Part shown: positions 1 to 8,960 of the stretch, in pieces | Position numbering within the stretch: the first letter of the stretch is position 1 | Layout of the letters: every line of letters begins with the position of its first letter | Notes under the pieces: generated by a model | Databases searched by the model: none | What the model saw: only the letters and a program-made list of their open reading frames with translations | What the model was told of the DNA's origin: nothing | NCBI RefSeq assembly: GCF_003428155.1 | Contig: NZ_QLIR01000007.1 | Span: 57,534-89,533 of the forward strand | Reading direction: 5' to 3' | Source of the DNA: Fastidiosibacter lacustris | GTDB taxonomy: Bacteria > Pseudomonadota > Gammaproteobacteria > Francisellales > Francisellaceae | DNA: 32,000 bases | Program-made: the position numbers and the translations under genes

Positions 1-384
1 GAATACTTGCCTTTTTCAGATAATATATTTGACTGTATTACTATTTCATTTGGGCTTAGAAATGTAACCGATAAAGACAAGGCATTGCAATCTATGTATC
101 GTGTATTAAAACCAGGAGGGCGATTGCTAGTGCTAGAGTTCTCTAAGCCGATCTTTCCTATTTTAAGTCAGATCTACGATCAGTACTCGTTTAAAGTTTT
201 ACCTGTTATGGGACAAATTATTGCTCAAGATGCTGATAGTTATCGTTATCTTGCCGAATCCATTCGTAAACACCCTGATCAAGAGACTTTAAGGCAAATG
301 ATGTTGAATGCAGGTTTTGATAAAGTAGAATACCAAAACATGGCAGCTGGTGTAGTAGCATTACATATTGGTATTAAGTACTAG
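1..384 (+). CDS. ubiE: Ubiquinone/menaquinone biosynthesis C-methyltransferase UbiE, C-terminal part (gene starts upstream of window)
   Basis: Frame open from base 1 ([22 protein letters not shown]...[17 protein letters not shown]...[13 protein letters not shown]), characteristic UbiE C-terminal motifs; followed by ubiJ and ubiB. Confidence 0.95.
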   Translation, partial: EYLPFSDNIFDCITISFGLRNVTDKDKALQSMYRVLKPGGRLLVLEFSKPIFPILSQIYDQYSFKVLPVMGQIIAQDADSYRYLAESIRKHPDQETLRQMMLNAGFDKVEYQNMAAGVVALHIGIKY

Positions 385-392
385 GTGGGAAG

Positions 393-1019
393 ATGGACAA
401 AAACCATGTTATTAAGCTCATCAATTATCTTATTTATCAAACATTAAGGCTTGACCCTCAACGGAATTACTTGCTGCAACAGTTAGCAGGTGAAGCATTA
501 GCTGTTGATATTGGAGACTTGAATCTTAGCTGTGTATTGATACCACAACACAATACATTGTTATTATCTATAACTGAAATGGCAGCAAACAATCGTCTAA
601 GAGGAAAGTCAAGCGTGCTTGTTGCGATGTGTTTAAGCCCAAATCCGCAACACTTTATTCAAACCGACAAAGTCAATTTTAGCGGTGATATTCAAGTGTT
701 GCAGCGTTATAGCAATTTCTTTAAAGCAATTCGACCAGATTTAATTTTTACTTTAACTCAAGGTAAGAACAATACTTTAAGTTCATTACTGGATAAACCT
801 CTAACTGCTTTAAATCATTGGTTTAGAGTGAGCAAAGAGAAACTGCCAATAGAATTAAGAGAATATCTGCAATATGAAAAAAACTTTTTTCCATGTCGCC
901 AGGAGCTTGAAGATTTCTTTATGGATGTACAAATTTTAAAAGAGGATACAGATAGGGTAATAGCCAAACTTAATAAATATTTAAAACTGATTGAAATGAT
1001 TGAGGGAGCGCATGAGTAA
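393..1019 (+). CDS. ubiJ: Ubiquinone biosynthesis accessory factor UbiJ (SCP2-like domain)
   Basis: 208-aa ORF between ubiE and ubiB with an SCP2-type N-terminus; conserved ubiE-ubiJ-ubiB order. Confidence 0.85.
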   Translation: MDKNHVIKLINYLIYQTLRLDPQRNYLLQQLAGEALAVDIGDLNLSCVLIPQHNTLLLSITEMAANNRLRGKSSVLVAMCLSPNPQHFIQTDKVNFSGDIQVLQRYSNFFKAIRPDLIFTLTQGKNNTLSSLLDKPLTALNHWFRVSKEKLPIELREYLQYEKNFFPCRQELEDFFMDVQILKEDTDRVIAKLNKYLKLIEMIEGAHE

Positions 1020-2673
1020 AGTTAAAAAATGGCTGCGCTTAATCTATATTGGTTATATTTTCAATAAATATAATGTTACGGCGATGATGGCAAATCTGCC
1101 CTTGTTAAGAGCATTAAGGTTTACACTTATTTTTAACCCCTATTATTGGCTGAATTGCAACAAGCTTGACCGTGGCACACGGTTACGTTTGGCACTAGAA
1201 ACTTTAGGTCCTATTTTTATTAAGTTTGGTCAAGCATTATCGACAAGGCGTGACCTTTTGCCGCATGATTTAGCAAATGAATTGGCAAAGCTACAAGATA
1301 AGGTTCCACCCTTTGCCAGTGAGTATGCAATTCAAACGATTGAAAAAGCCTTACAGCAGCAGATTGATAAAGCATTTTTAAAGTTTGATATAAACGCCTT
1401 GGCTTCGGCGTCAATTGCACAAGTTCATGGTGCAACTTTGAACACAGGTGAAGAAGTCGTGGTTAAGGTGTTGCGTCCTAATATTGAGAAAATATTAATT
1501 CAAGATACAGAGCTTTTAAAAGCGCTAGCAAGTATGTTGGAACGTTATGTTCCTTCAACAAGGCGATTGCGTCCAGTAGAAGTGGTTGCTGAAATAAGTC
1601 GTAATCTTTTGGATGAGCTTGATTTACAACGTGAGGCTGCTAATGCCTCGCAACTTAAGCGAAATTTCAAAGATAGCCATATTCACTACGTGCCAGAGGT
1701 CTATTGGCAGTATTGTCGTAATAATTTATTAACGATTGAAAAAATCAAAGGTATTCCAGTTTCAGATATTGAAACCTTGAAATCTTTAGGCACAGACTTA
1801 AAGCTTCTAGCCGAGCGAGGTGTTGAGATATTCTATACTCAAGTCTTTAGAGATTGTTTCTTTCATGCCGATATGCACCCAGGTAATATTTTTATAGATG
1901 CGTCAAATCCAAAAGATCCTAAATACATATCGATTGACTTTGGTATTGTCGGCACCTTAACGCGTGAAGATCAGCATTACCTAGCTGGTAATTTTTTGGC
2001 GTTTTTTAACCGTGATTATAAAAAAGTTGCCGAGCTTCATATTGAATCGGGTTGGGTGCCATATGATACGCGTGTGGATGAGCTAGAATCGGCAATTCGA
2101 ACTGTCTGTGAACCGATCTTTGAAAAACCACTAGCTGAGATTTCATTTGGCTACACTTTAATGCGTTTGTTTCAGGTGGCAAGGCGTTTTAACATGAGCG
2201 TGCAACCACAATTGGTGCTATTACAGAAAACACTTTTAAATATTGAAGGATTGGGACGAGATTTATATCCAGATTTAAATTTATGGGCAACTGCCAAACC
2301 ATTTTTAGAGAAGTGGATGAAAACGCGAGTTGGCTGGCAAGGATTTATAAAGCGTTCGATGAAGAGTTTGCCAGAGTTAAGTGAACGCCTGCCAGATATG
2401 CCAGAGCTGTTGTTTGAATTATTAAATACAAAAGTTAAACAACTTAAAGTAATACAAGACAATAATAAAGATGAGCGTTTGATAAAGCATTCCAAAAAAC
2501 GTGGGATGATATTAGGTTTTGGTCTGTCATTAATAGCGATTGGTATTATAAGCAGTTATGATATTGGCATTTTTAATAGTGTTCATGCTTTTATAAAGCA
2601 GCATTATGAGTTAGTCGGTGGAATTTGTGTAGTACTAATTATCTATTATTGGCTAACAAGGCAAAAGGATTAA
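1012..2673 (+). CDS. ubiB: Ubiquinone biosynthesis atypical kinase UbiB (ABC1/ADCK family)
   Basis: Motifs KFGQALSTRRDLLP, ASASIAQVHGA, HADMHPGNIF, ISIDFGIVG. ORF track starts at 1000, but ATG at 1012 with upstream gaggg overlapping the end of ubiJ is the likelier start. Confidence 0.95.
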   Translation: MSKVKKWLRLIYIGYIFNKYNVTAMMANLPLLRALRFTLIFNPYYWLNCNKLDRGTRLRLALETLGPIFIKFGQALSTRRDLLPHDLANELAKLQDKVPPFASEYAIQTIEKALQQQIDKAFLKFDINALASASIAQVHGATLNTGEEVVVKVLRPNIEKILIQDTELLKALASMLERYVPSTRRLRPVEVVAEISRNLLDELDLQREAANASQLKRNFKDSHIHYVPEVYWQYCRNNLLTIEKIKGIPVSDIETLKSLGTDLKLLAERGVEIFYTQVFRDCFFHADMHPGNIFIDASNPKDPKYISIDFGIVGTLTREDQHYLAGNFLAFFNRDYKKVAELHIESGWVPYDTRVDELESAIRTVCEPIFEKPLAEISFGYTLMRLFQVARRFNMSVQPQLVLLQKTLLNIEGLGRDLYPDLNLWATAKPFLEKWMKTRVGWQGFIKRSMKSLPELSERLPDMPELLFELLNTKVKQLKVIQDNNKDERLIKHSKKRGMILGFGLSLIAIGIISSYDIGIFNSVHAFIKQHYELVGGICVVLIIYYWLTRQKD

Positions 2674-2682
2674 GGAGATAAA

Positions 2683-3030
2683 ATGAGTGACTGTATTTTC
2701 TGTAAAATCATCAAAGGTGATATTCCAGCCAATAAGGTCTATGAGGATCAAGACATGGTAGCTTTTCATGATGCTTTCCCTGCTGCAGAAACACACGTAT
2801 TGGTTGTGCCTAAAAAACATATTGATAGTTTAAATCATTTACAGGAGGAAGATGCGGAGTTGATAGCTAAAATTAGCCTTGCGATTCCAAAACTTGCTGA
2901 AACGTTAGGTTTAGAGGGATATAAGACACTTGTTAACACAGGTAAAGCAGGGGGTCAGAGTGTGTTTCATTTACATTACCATATTTTAGGTGGTAAATTT
3001 CTCAAAAAAGATGCGCTACAGAATACTTAG
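2683..3030 (+). CDS. HIT family hydrolase (HinT/YcfF-like)
   Basis: CIFCKIIKGDIPANKVYEDQ and HFHLHYHILGG-type histidine triad (QSVFHLHYHILGG). Confidence 0.93.
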   Translation: MSDCIFCKIIKGDIPANKVYEDQDMVAFHDAFPAAETHVLVVPKKHIDSLNHLQEEDAELIAKISLAIPKLAETLGLEGYKTLVNTGKAGGQSVFHLHYHILGGKFLKKDALQNT

Positions 3031-3231
3031 TAGCATAGTAGCACATGATTTTTAATGTATTAATTTCATGAGTAGATATTGTTTGCCTTATTTTGCGACT
3101 TGATTTATGAGAATGAGTTTGTTAGGATGCCTGGGTTTTGTTTAATGCAAAGGTCAAATTAGTTAGCGAAATCACGATGATTGAGCTTAATAACAAATCC
3201 ACCATAAGTTGAGAATATGATTAAGTTTCTG

Positions 3232-3321
3232 GGAGGGGTGTCCGAGTGGTTGAAGGAGCACGCCTGGAAAGCGTGTATACGTTAACGCGTATCGAGAGTT
3301 CGAATCTCTTCCCCTCCGCCA
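3232..3321 (+). tRNA. tRNA-Ser(GGA) with encoded CCA end
   Basis: 90 nt; acceptor ggagggg/cccctcc, anticodon stem cacgc/gcgtg with loop ctGGAaa, long variable arm, T-loop gttcgaatc, discriminator g plus cca. Confidence 0.96.
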
Positions 3322-3669
3322 GCTTTTTTGAAGATAACTTTTCTCGCGTCTTTTTGAGCTAGTGTTATCAGGTCTCAAAACCCCAGTATTTGTGCGCTTT
3401 CCAGAGTTTTTGCTTGCTGTTAGACCCGTACCTCACTTTCTCCAATTTCGCCATTTTACCCCAAAGTCTCCCTTTTTATTCTCCGCTTCTCAGTTAGATG
3501 CGAACGTCCGACCTGAAAGTGCGCATGTCCATAACCCTTGATTTTACTGGTTTTTTGCAAAACCGGTCTTGAGGTTCGTTATTGGGGCGGAGAATGGCGT
3601 GTGTACCCACAGAACGAGAATTTTACTGTGATATGGTCACTTTAGATTATGTTCATATGCATTTAGCAT

Positions 3670-4140
3670 TCACTGATCTTCGATATCAGGAGCCATTCTG
3701 TTGGTGTGCAGATTATTAAAACACTCCAGAAGTAACTTTTCCAACAGTACTTTATTATCTTCTGTGATAGTAGAGGTCATGCTCGCTTCGACTTTGCTGA
3801 TAACGTTATGAGCCTGCTGAACAACTTTCATTCCTTGTTTTGTTAATTCTGTGCATAAAATCCTACCATGGGAAGCATCGCTTTTACGATGAATTAAACC
3901 CCGTTTTTCTAAATTAGAGACAATACCATGCATGGTTTGAGCGGTGATAAAAGCTGATCTAGCTAGAGCTGCATTAGATATACCAGGTCGGAGCTCTAAT
4001 TGCGCCAGTACTGCATATTGTGGCGTTGTCAGATCAAGGGTTTTTAAAGCTTCGTCCATGCGAAGGCGCAAGCTGTGTTGCGTCTGTTTTAGTTTATAAC
4101 CTAACAAACCTGCGACATTTATTTCTTGAGATGTTGACAT
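3670..4140 (-). CDS. MarR family transcriptional regulator
   Basis: 156 aa with MarR winged-helix pattern (LTTPQYAVLAQLELRPGISNAALARSAFITAQTMHGIVSNLEKRGLIHRKSDASHGRI). Confidence 0.9.
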   Translation of the reverse strand: MSTSQEINVAGLLGYKLKQTQHSLRLRMDEALKTLDLTTPQYAVLAQLELRPGISNAALARSAFITAQTMHGIVSNLEKRGLIHRKSDASHGRILCTELTKQGMKVVQQAHNVISKVEASMTSTITEDNKVLLEKLLLECFNNLHTNRMAPDIEDQ

Positions 4141-4195
4141 ATCAGTGCCCTTACATTATATTATCAGCGTGCTTATACTATAATAGGAGTTCGAT

Positions 4196-4585
4196 ATGAA
4201 TACAACAAATTCTGAAAGTGATACTAACTTAAAGTCTGCGGAAAACTATTACAATTCCATGCTTGCAAAAGACTTTGATAAAATGGCTGGCTACCTGCAT
4301 GACAACGTGCATTTTATCGGGCCACTCGCAGAAATGCATAGCAAAGATGCAGTTGTTTCAGCTGCAAAGAATTTCGGTGGGATATTGCAGGACATCCAAA
4401 TCAGGTCACGTTTTGCAGCCGGCGATCAGATCATGTTCGCCTACGATATGATTGTTCCAGCACCCATTGGTAAATTTAGGGCAGCGGTGCTGATGGAATT
4501 CACGGATCGGCTTATCTCTAAAATCGAGTTGTTTTATGACGCCAGCCCCTTTGAAGAAAAGAAAAGTGAAATTTTCTCGCAATAA
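4196..4585 (+). CDS. Nuclear transport factor 2-like / SnoaL-like small protein
   Basis: 129 aa; YYNSMLAKDFDKMAGYLHDNVHFIGPLAEMHSKDAVVSAAKNF, NTF2-like fold pattern; divergent from the MarR gene. Confidence 0.7.
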   Translation: MNTTNSESDTNLKSAENYYNSMLAKDFDKMAGYLHDNVHFIGPLAEMHSKDAVVSAAKNFGGILQDIQIRSRFAAGDQIMFAYDMIVPAPIGKFRAAVLMEFTDRLISKIELFYDASPFEEKKSEIFSQ

Positions 4586-4662
4586 TAGTGTCATTCAGTA
4601 AAATATCGCATGAAATGAGACAAAATTAGGGGGAACTACCTTCTAAATTGTGGGAATAGAAC

Positions 4663-5427
4663 ATGACTGACTTGATAAATTTATACCGCCAAGCCGAGGA
4701 TTATTTTTTCAGAGGCATTGCCTCAAAATGCTTAGATCTAGGCGATGGAGCTAATGCTTATATGACTGGTGGTGCTGAACTCAATTTTATTTACATTACA
4801 AGAAATACAAACGTTCTTGATAAAATTTTAATCCAAGGAAAGCAGTTTTTCGACGAGGATAACCTTGCTTTTGATATTATCATCCCACAAGAATTTTGTA
4901 CCTCTCAAATGGTAGATATTTTAAATACGATGGGTTATCCCCAGAAAAGTAAATCCGTTTCAATGGTTGTGGACTTAGATAAATTTGCAATGGGGCAAAC
5001 TGCGAGTTTTGGTGATGAAACCGCGATTAAAGCGAATGATGATCAATTAAATGACTGGATGATGCCATTGATAGGCGCATTTGAATCTACTTTTGAAGTT
5101 TGTTCGATCTATGCAATCATCCATGAAAATGCCTTAAAAAGGAATATTAATCTCCACCATTTCAGCTTATACAAACAGGAAAAACCAATCGCATCCATTA
5201 CCTTGTCACTGAACAATAGCATTGCAAGAATTGATGATGTTGGCACCGTGCCTGAATTGCAGGGCAAAGGATATGCGACGCATCTCATGCGTTACGTACT
5301 ATCAGAGGCAAAAAAATTAGGGGCTCACCATTGCTTTTTAGAGTCCTCCGATTCAGGTCTTGGGGTCTATCAAAAACTTGGGTTTGAACCTCTGTTTAAA
5401 AACAATATTTTTTCAGGGAAAAAATGA
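4663..5427 (+). CDS. GNAT family N-acetyltransferase
   Basis: C-terminal GNAT signature ARIDDVGTVPELQGKGYATHLMRYVLSEAKKLGAHHCFLESSDSGLGVYQKLGFEPL. Confidence 0.85.
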   Translation: MTDLINLYRQAEDYFFRGIASKCLDLGDGANAYMTGGAELNFIYITRNTNVLDKILIQGKQFFDEDNLAFDIIIPQEFCTSQMVDILNTMGYPQKSKSVSMVVDLDKFAMGQTASFGDETAIKANDDQLNDWMMPLIGAFESTFEVCSIYAIIHENALKRNINLHHFSLYKQEKPIASITLSLNNSIARIDDVGTVPELQGKGYATHLMRYVLSEAKKLGAHHCFLESSDSGLGVYQKLGFEPLFKNNIFSGKK

Positions 5428-5846
5428 GCGTGGCTCCACAATGCATGTAGAATCATGTAAGGAAGATGAAAAGCTATTTAGCGTTATGCCTAAATTAGCT
5501 GGAATGTTTAGCGATGCAGGGAAACAATCTTATTATCGATGAAGTGTTATTTAATGAAGAGTCTTTAAAAGCTTACGTCCAGCATTTAAAGGGTCACAAC
5601 GTTTATTACATCGGCGTTTTTTGTGATCTGACAGTTATGCAAGAGCGAGAAATCTTAAGGCGTGATCGATGTATTGGTCTCTCTAACGATCAAATCGACA
5701 GAGTACACCAAGGTGTTTTAAGTTCATACGAATTTAAGGTCGATACAACTGCCATATCTCCTTTTGAAGCAGCCCACCTGATACTCAAGTTTATTGATGA
5801 TAACCCCGCGCCAAAAGCCTTTCAACTATTAGAAAAGCAGGAGTAG
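5426..5846 (+). pseudogene. 5'-truncated, frameshifted chloramphenicol-phosphotransferase-like gene
   Basis: ERGSTMHVESCKEDEKLFSVMPKLAGMFSDAGKQ, then +1 frame NNLIIDEVLFNEESLKAYVQHLKGHNVYYIGVFCDLTVMQEREILRRDRCIGLSNDQIDRVHQG. This aligns with residues of the intact 11030-11635 protein from NRGPLMRVES onward; Walker A N-terminus is missing. Confidence 0.85.
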
Positions 5847-5849
5847 ATT

Positions 5850-7475
5850 ATGACCATTACCTTCGAACCACTGCATGAATCACATTTCCCTCTACTGCTC
5901 AAGTGGCTAGAGACATCTCACGTCAAAAAATGGTGGGATCGGGATGTGAGGTATACAATGGATTTGGTACGTGAAAAATATAGCTCATACATCAAAGGCT
6001 ATAAGCTTGCGGATGGAATCAAAAAAGCTATCCAAGGCTTCATTATCCATAACAATCAGAAGCCGGTTGGATACATTCAAATTTATAATGCATATGATTT
6101 TCCTAGAAGCAAACCACTTTCAAGTCTGCCAGAAAGCCTGGGGGCATTTGATATTTTTATTGGCGAAGAAGAGGCTTTGCAACAAGGTTTGGGCTCAAAA
6201 GCAATATTAGAATTCCTGAAAATATATGGCGGCCAATACAGTCATATTTTCGCCGATCCAGATTCGAGCAATATTGCAGCGATTAAAGCTTATGAAAAAG
6301 CAGGTTTTAAAAGGTTAGTTGAGCAAAAAGATACTGGGGAGGTATCGATGTTAAAAGGGTTACCTTCAAGAAATGAAGCACTAGCAACCATCCAAAAACT
6401 AATTAAAGAACGCTATTCTGAGGCTAAAGCCGTATTCTGGGCAGGATCAGTTTCGACTAATCAGGGAACAAGTGCATCTGATTTGGATCTTGTGATTGTT
6501 TTTGAATCATTGCCACACGCTCATAGAGAAGCCTTTATTTATGACAGTTGGCCAATTGACGCATTTATTCATGATGTTGATACCTTGCGGTATTTTTTTG
6601 AAGAATCAAGAACAGGAAATGGCATCTCTGGCCTCTGCTATATGATTTTGAATGGACGTGAGGTAACTAGCCCCAGCGCTTTTTCAAAAAGTGTTAAAAC
6701 TCTTGCGCAAGAAGTTTTAAATGCAAGGCCAGCGATATGGGACCAAGAACAAATTGACAAGGAACGGTTTTTAATCACCGATGTCTTGGATGATATTAAA
6801 CATCCAGTCGAGCGCGCTGAGCAGATTGCATCCGCAGCACGGTTACTTGAGGCTCTAGGGCAATTTTATTTTAGAAGCCAAAACAAGTGGTGTGCCAGCG
6901 GTAAATCAATTATCCGTTATTTAAAAGATGATAACCCTGCTTTGGCTTCAGAATTCGTAGCTGCGTTTGAAAGCCTTTTTCAAAGCGGTGATGCTAGGGC
7001 AATCGAAACTTTAGTTACAAAGATACTGGGGCCACATGGAGGTTTGCTTTGGGATGGCTTTAGGTCGGATGCACCGGCAGAGTGGAAAGCGTTCGATGAA
7101 AACAAAATCTTAGCTGAACTTAAATCAAGAGAACCAATCTTTCATCATTCTGAAAAATTTGGAAAAACAAAACAAGATATTGAAAACCAAATGTGTGATG
7201 AATTTTGGGAAGTTGGTGCATCTGGTAATGTCTATACCAAACAAGACATCACAGAAACTCTGCTTGAGCGGTATAACGACCGAGATTATCAAGATACTTG
7301 GGAAGCAAAGGACTTTGAGCTCACAAAAATCGCACCGGATAACTATTTACTGACGTACATTCTTATCCAAGCCAAAACAAGAGTGACAAGAAGATCAACG
7401 ATTTGGCGAAGAATAAATGGTGATTGGAAGATCCTCTATCACCAAGGAACCGTAATCGATGGGGGTAATTTATGA
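5850..7475 (+). CDS. Three-domain fusion: GNAT (AAC(6')-like) + nucleotidyltransferase (aminoglycoside-adenylyltransferase-like) + C-terminal DUF4440/SnoaL-like domain
   Basis: 541 aa. About aa 1-170 GNAT (FDIFIGEEEALQQGLGSKAI...NIAAIKAYEKAGFKRL); about 175-415 nucleotidyltransferase (GSVSTNQGTSASDLDLVIVF); about 425-541 DUF4440-like (NQMCDEFWEVGASGNVYTKQDI...WRRINGDWKILYHQGT). Confidence 0.8.
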   Translation: MTITFEPLHESHFPLLLKWLETSHVKKWWDRDVRYTMDLVREKYSSYIKGYKLADGIKKAIQGFIIHNNQKPVGYIQIYNAYDFPRSKPLSSLPESLGAFDIFIGEEEALQQGLGSKAILEFLKIYGGQYSHIFADPDSSNIAAIKAYEKAGFKRLVEQKDTGEVSMLKGLPSRNEALATIQKLIKERYSEAKAVFWAGSVSTNQGTSASDLDLVIVFESLPHAHREAFIYDSWPIDAFIHDVDTLRYFFEESRTGNGISGLCYMILNGREVTSPSAFSKSVKTLAQEVLNARPAIWDQEQIDKERFLITDVLDDIKHPVERAEQIASAARLLEALGQFYFRSQNKWCASGKSIIRYLKDDNPALASEFVAAFESLFQSGDARAIETLVTKILGPHGGLLWDGFRSDAPAEWKAFDENKILAELKSREPIFHHSEKFGKTKQDIENQMCDEFWEVGASGNVYTKQDITETLLERYNDRDYQDTWEAKDFELTKIAPDNYLLTYILIQAKTRVTRRSTIWRRINGDWKILYHQGTVIDGGNL

Positions 7476-8008
7476 TACAACCAAAAATAATCCTCTACAT
7501 TGCAACTTCACTTGATGGCTTTATCGCAGATATTAACGGTGGTGTTGACTGGCTTCCGCATCCAAAAGATGATGCTGAACTCGAGGCTGTTGGCTACAAA
7601 GACCTAATGGAACGCATTGATACAATTCTAATGGGAAGCCAAAGCTACAAACAAATTTTAGGTTTTGGTGATTGGGGTTGGCCGGATAAACACACTTATG
7701 TTTTCACCTCCAAAAAATTTGAAACCGATAAACCCTATATCAGCATTACACACGATAGCCCACTTGAGTTTATGACCAAGCTGAAAGACCGTAGGTCAGA
7801 TAAAGACATCTGGCTCTTAGGCGGTGCAGAACTTGCCAAAAGCTTTGCACAAGAAAGCTTGATTGATGAAATCATTCTTACAATTGTCCCTCAAACTTTA
7901 GGAACCGGCATACCGCTGGGTTTAAGTTTTGAAAAGTTTGATTTAACAGCCGAAAAAGCTTTAACGGATGGCATGATACAAAAAATTTATTTGCGGAAAA
8001 ACACATGA
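7472..8008 (+). CDS. Dihydrofolate reductase family protein (RibD C-terminal-like)
   Basis: IILYIATSLDGFIADINGGVDWLP, MGSQSYKQIL, DIWLLGGAELAKSF. Confidence 0.85.
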   Translation: MIQPKIILYIATSLDGFIADINGGVDWLPHPKDDAELEAVGYKDLMERIDTILMGSQSYKQILGFGDWGWPDKHTYVFTSKKFETDKPYISITHDSPLEFMTKLKDRRSDKDIWLLGGAELAKSFAQESLIDEIILTIVPQTLGTGIPLGLSFEKFDLTAEKALTDGMIQKIYLRKNT

Positions 8009-8550
8009 ACATTACATTTCAAAAAGCTTCGACATCATACATAGACACCATCTTTAGTTGGCTTGCCGAGCCTCATATGATGGAGTTCTGGGATAACAGT
8101 CAGGAACATAAAGATGATATTCTAAATTTTATACATGGAAAGCCGCAAACTTATTTTGCAGGAACAACCCAGTACTGGATCGGTTTTATTAATAACGAGC
8201 CATATGCTTTTGTGCTTTCTGATATTCTTCAACAAGATCAAACAGACCTTTCGAATGCGCACCTTGCAAGAATGTCTGAAACGGGGCATACAATCGCGCT
8301 CGATTTTGGTATAGGCAATAAAGAATATTTAGGGCGCGGACTGGCGGTGCCTACGCTGTCAAAATTTATGATTTTTTATAAAAAAGACATAGATCCGAAA
8401 GCCGATACATTTTTTATCGATCCGATTGAGCACAATCCTAGAGCTATAAGAGTTTATAATAAAGCCGGCTTTACTAAAGTTGGCCAATATCAAGCAATGC
8501 AAGGAGCGTTCATCGGACACAATAGCGATTTAATGGTAAAAAAACTATGA
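8005..8550 (+). CDS. GNAT family N-acetyltransferase (AAC(6')-like)
   Basis: LDFGIGNKEYLGRGLAVPTLSKFM...FFIDPIEHNPRAIRVYNKAGFTKVG. Confidence 0.8.
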   Translation: MNITFQKASTSYIDTIFSWLAEPHMMEFWDNSQEHKDDILNFIHGKPQTYFAGTTQYWIGFINNEPYAFVLSDILQQDQTDLSNAHLARMSETGHTIALDFGIGNKEYLGRGLAVPTLSKFMIFYKKDIDPKADTFFIDPIEHNPRAIRVYNKAGFTKVGQYQAMQGAFIGHNSDLMVKKL

Positions 8551-8960
8551 CTGTTACAGACATTAATCACATCACTTTAGCTGTTACTGACATCCACCGA
8601 GCTTTCTCGTTTTACAAAGATGTTTTAGGGTTTAAACCATTAGTTAAATGGGATCAAGGAGCATATTTCTTGATAGGAAAATTTTGGTTCTGCCTCAACG
8701 TTGATTTAGCAAGAGAACCTCAATCTTGTTATACACATTATGCATTTAGTGTAAGCAGTGAAGATTTTGAAATGATGGCTGATAAAATTCAAAACTCCGG
8801 CGCTCACATTTTTAAAGAAAATACATCTCCTGGTGAATCTCTCTATTTTCTTGATCCAGATGGGCACAAATTAGAAATTCACGTTGGAAACAGCCAAGCC
8901 AGAATTGCAGCTAAAAAAGCCAACCCTGGCAACTGGAAAAATGTGGAGTGGTTCATATGA
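8547..8960 (+). CDS. FosA-like fosfomycin resistance glyoxalase/VOC family protein
   Basis: NHITLAVTDIHRAFSFYKDVLGFKPLVKWDQGAYF, YTHYAF, SLYFLDPDGHKLEIHVG; metal-ligand His/His/Glu pattern of FosA retained. Confidence 0.87.
   Translation: MTVTDINHITLAVTDIHRAFSFYKDVLGFKPLVKWDQGAYFLIGKFWFCLNVDLAREPQSCYTHYAFSVSSEDFEMMADKIQNSGAHIFKENTSPGESLYFLDPDGHKLEIHVGNSQARIAAKKANPGNWKNVEWFI

Noticed and set aside
3187-3378. 63-aa minus-strand ORF (GRDSNSRYALTYTRFPGVLLQPLGHPSQ)
   Set aside because: It is the antisense of tRNA-Ser, a well-known spurious ORF type, not a gene.
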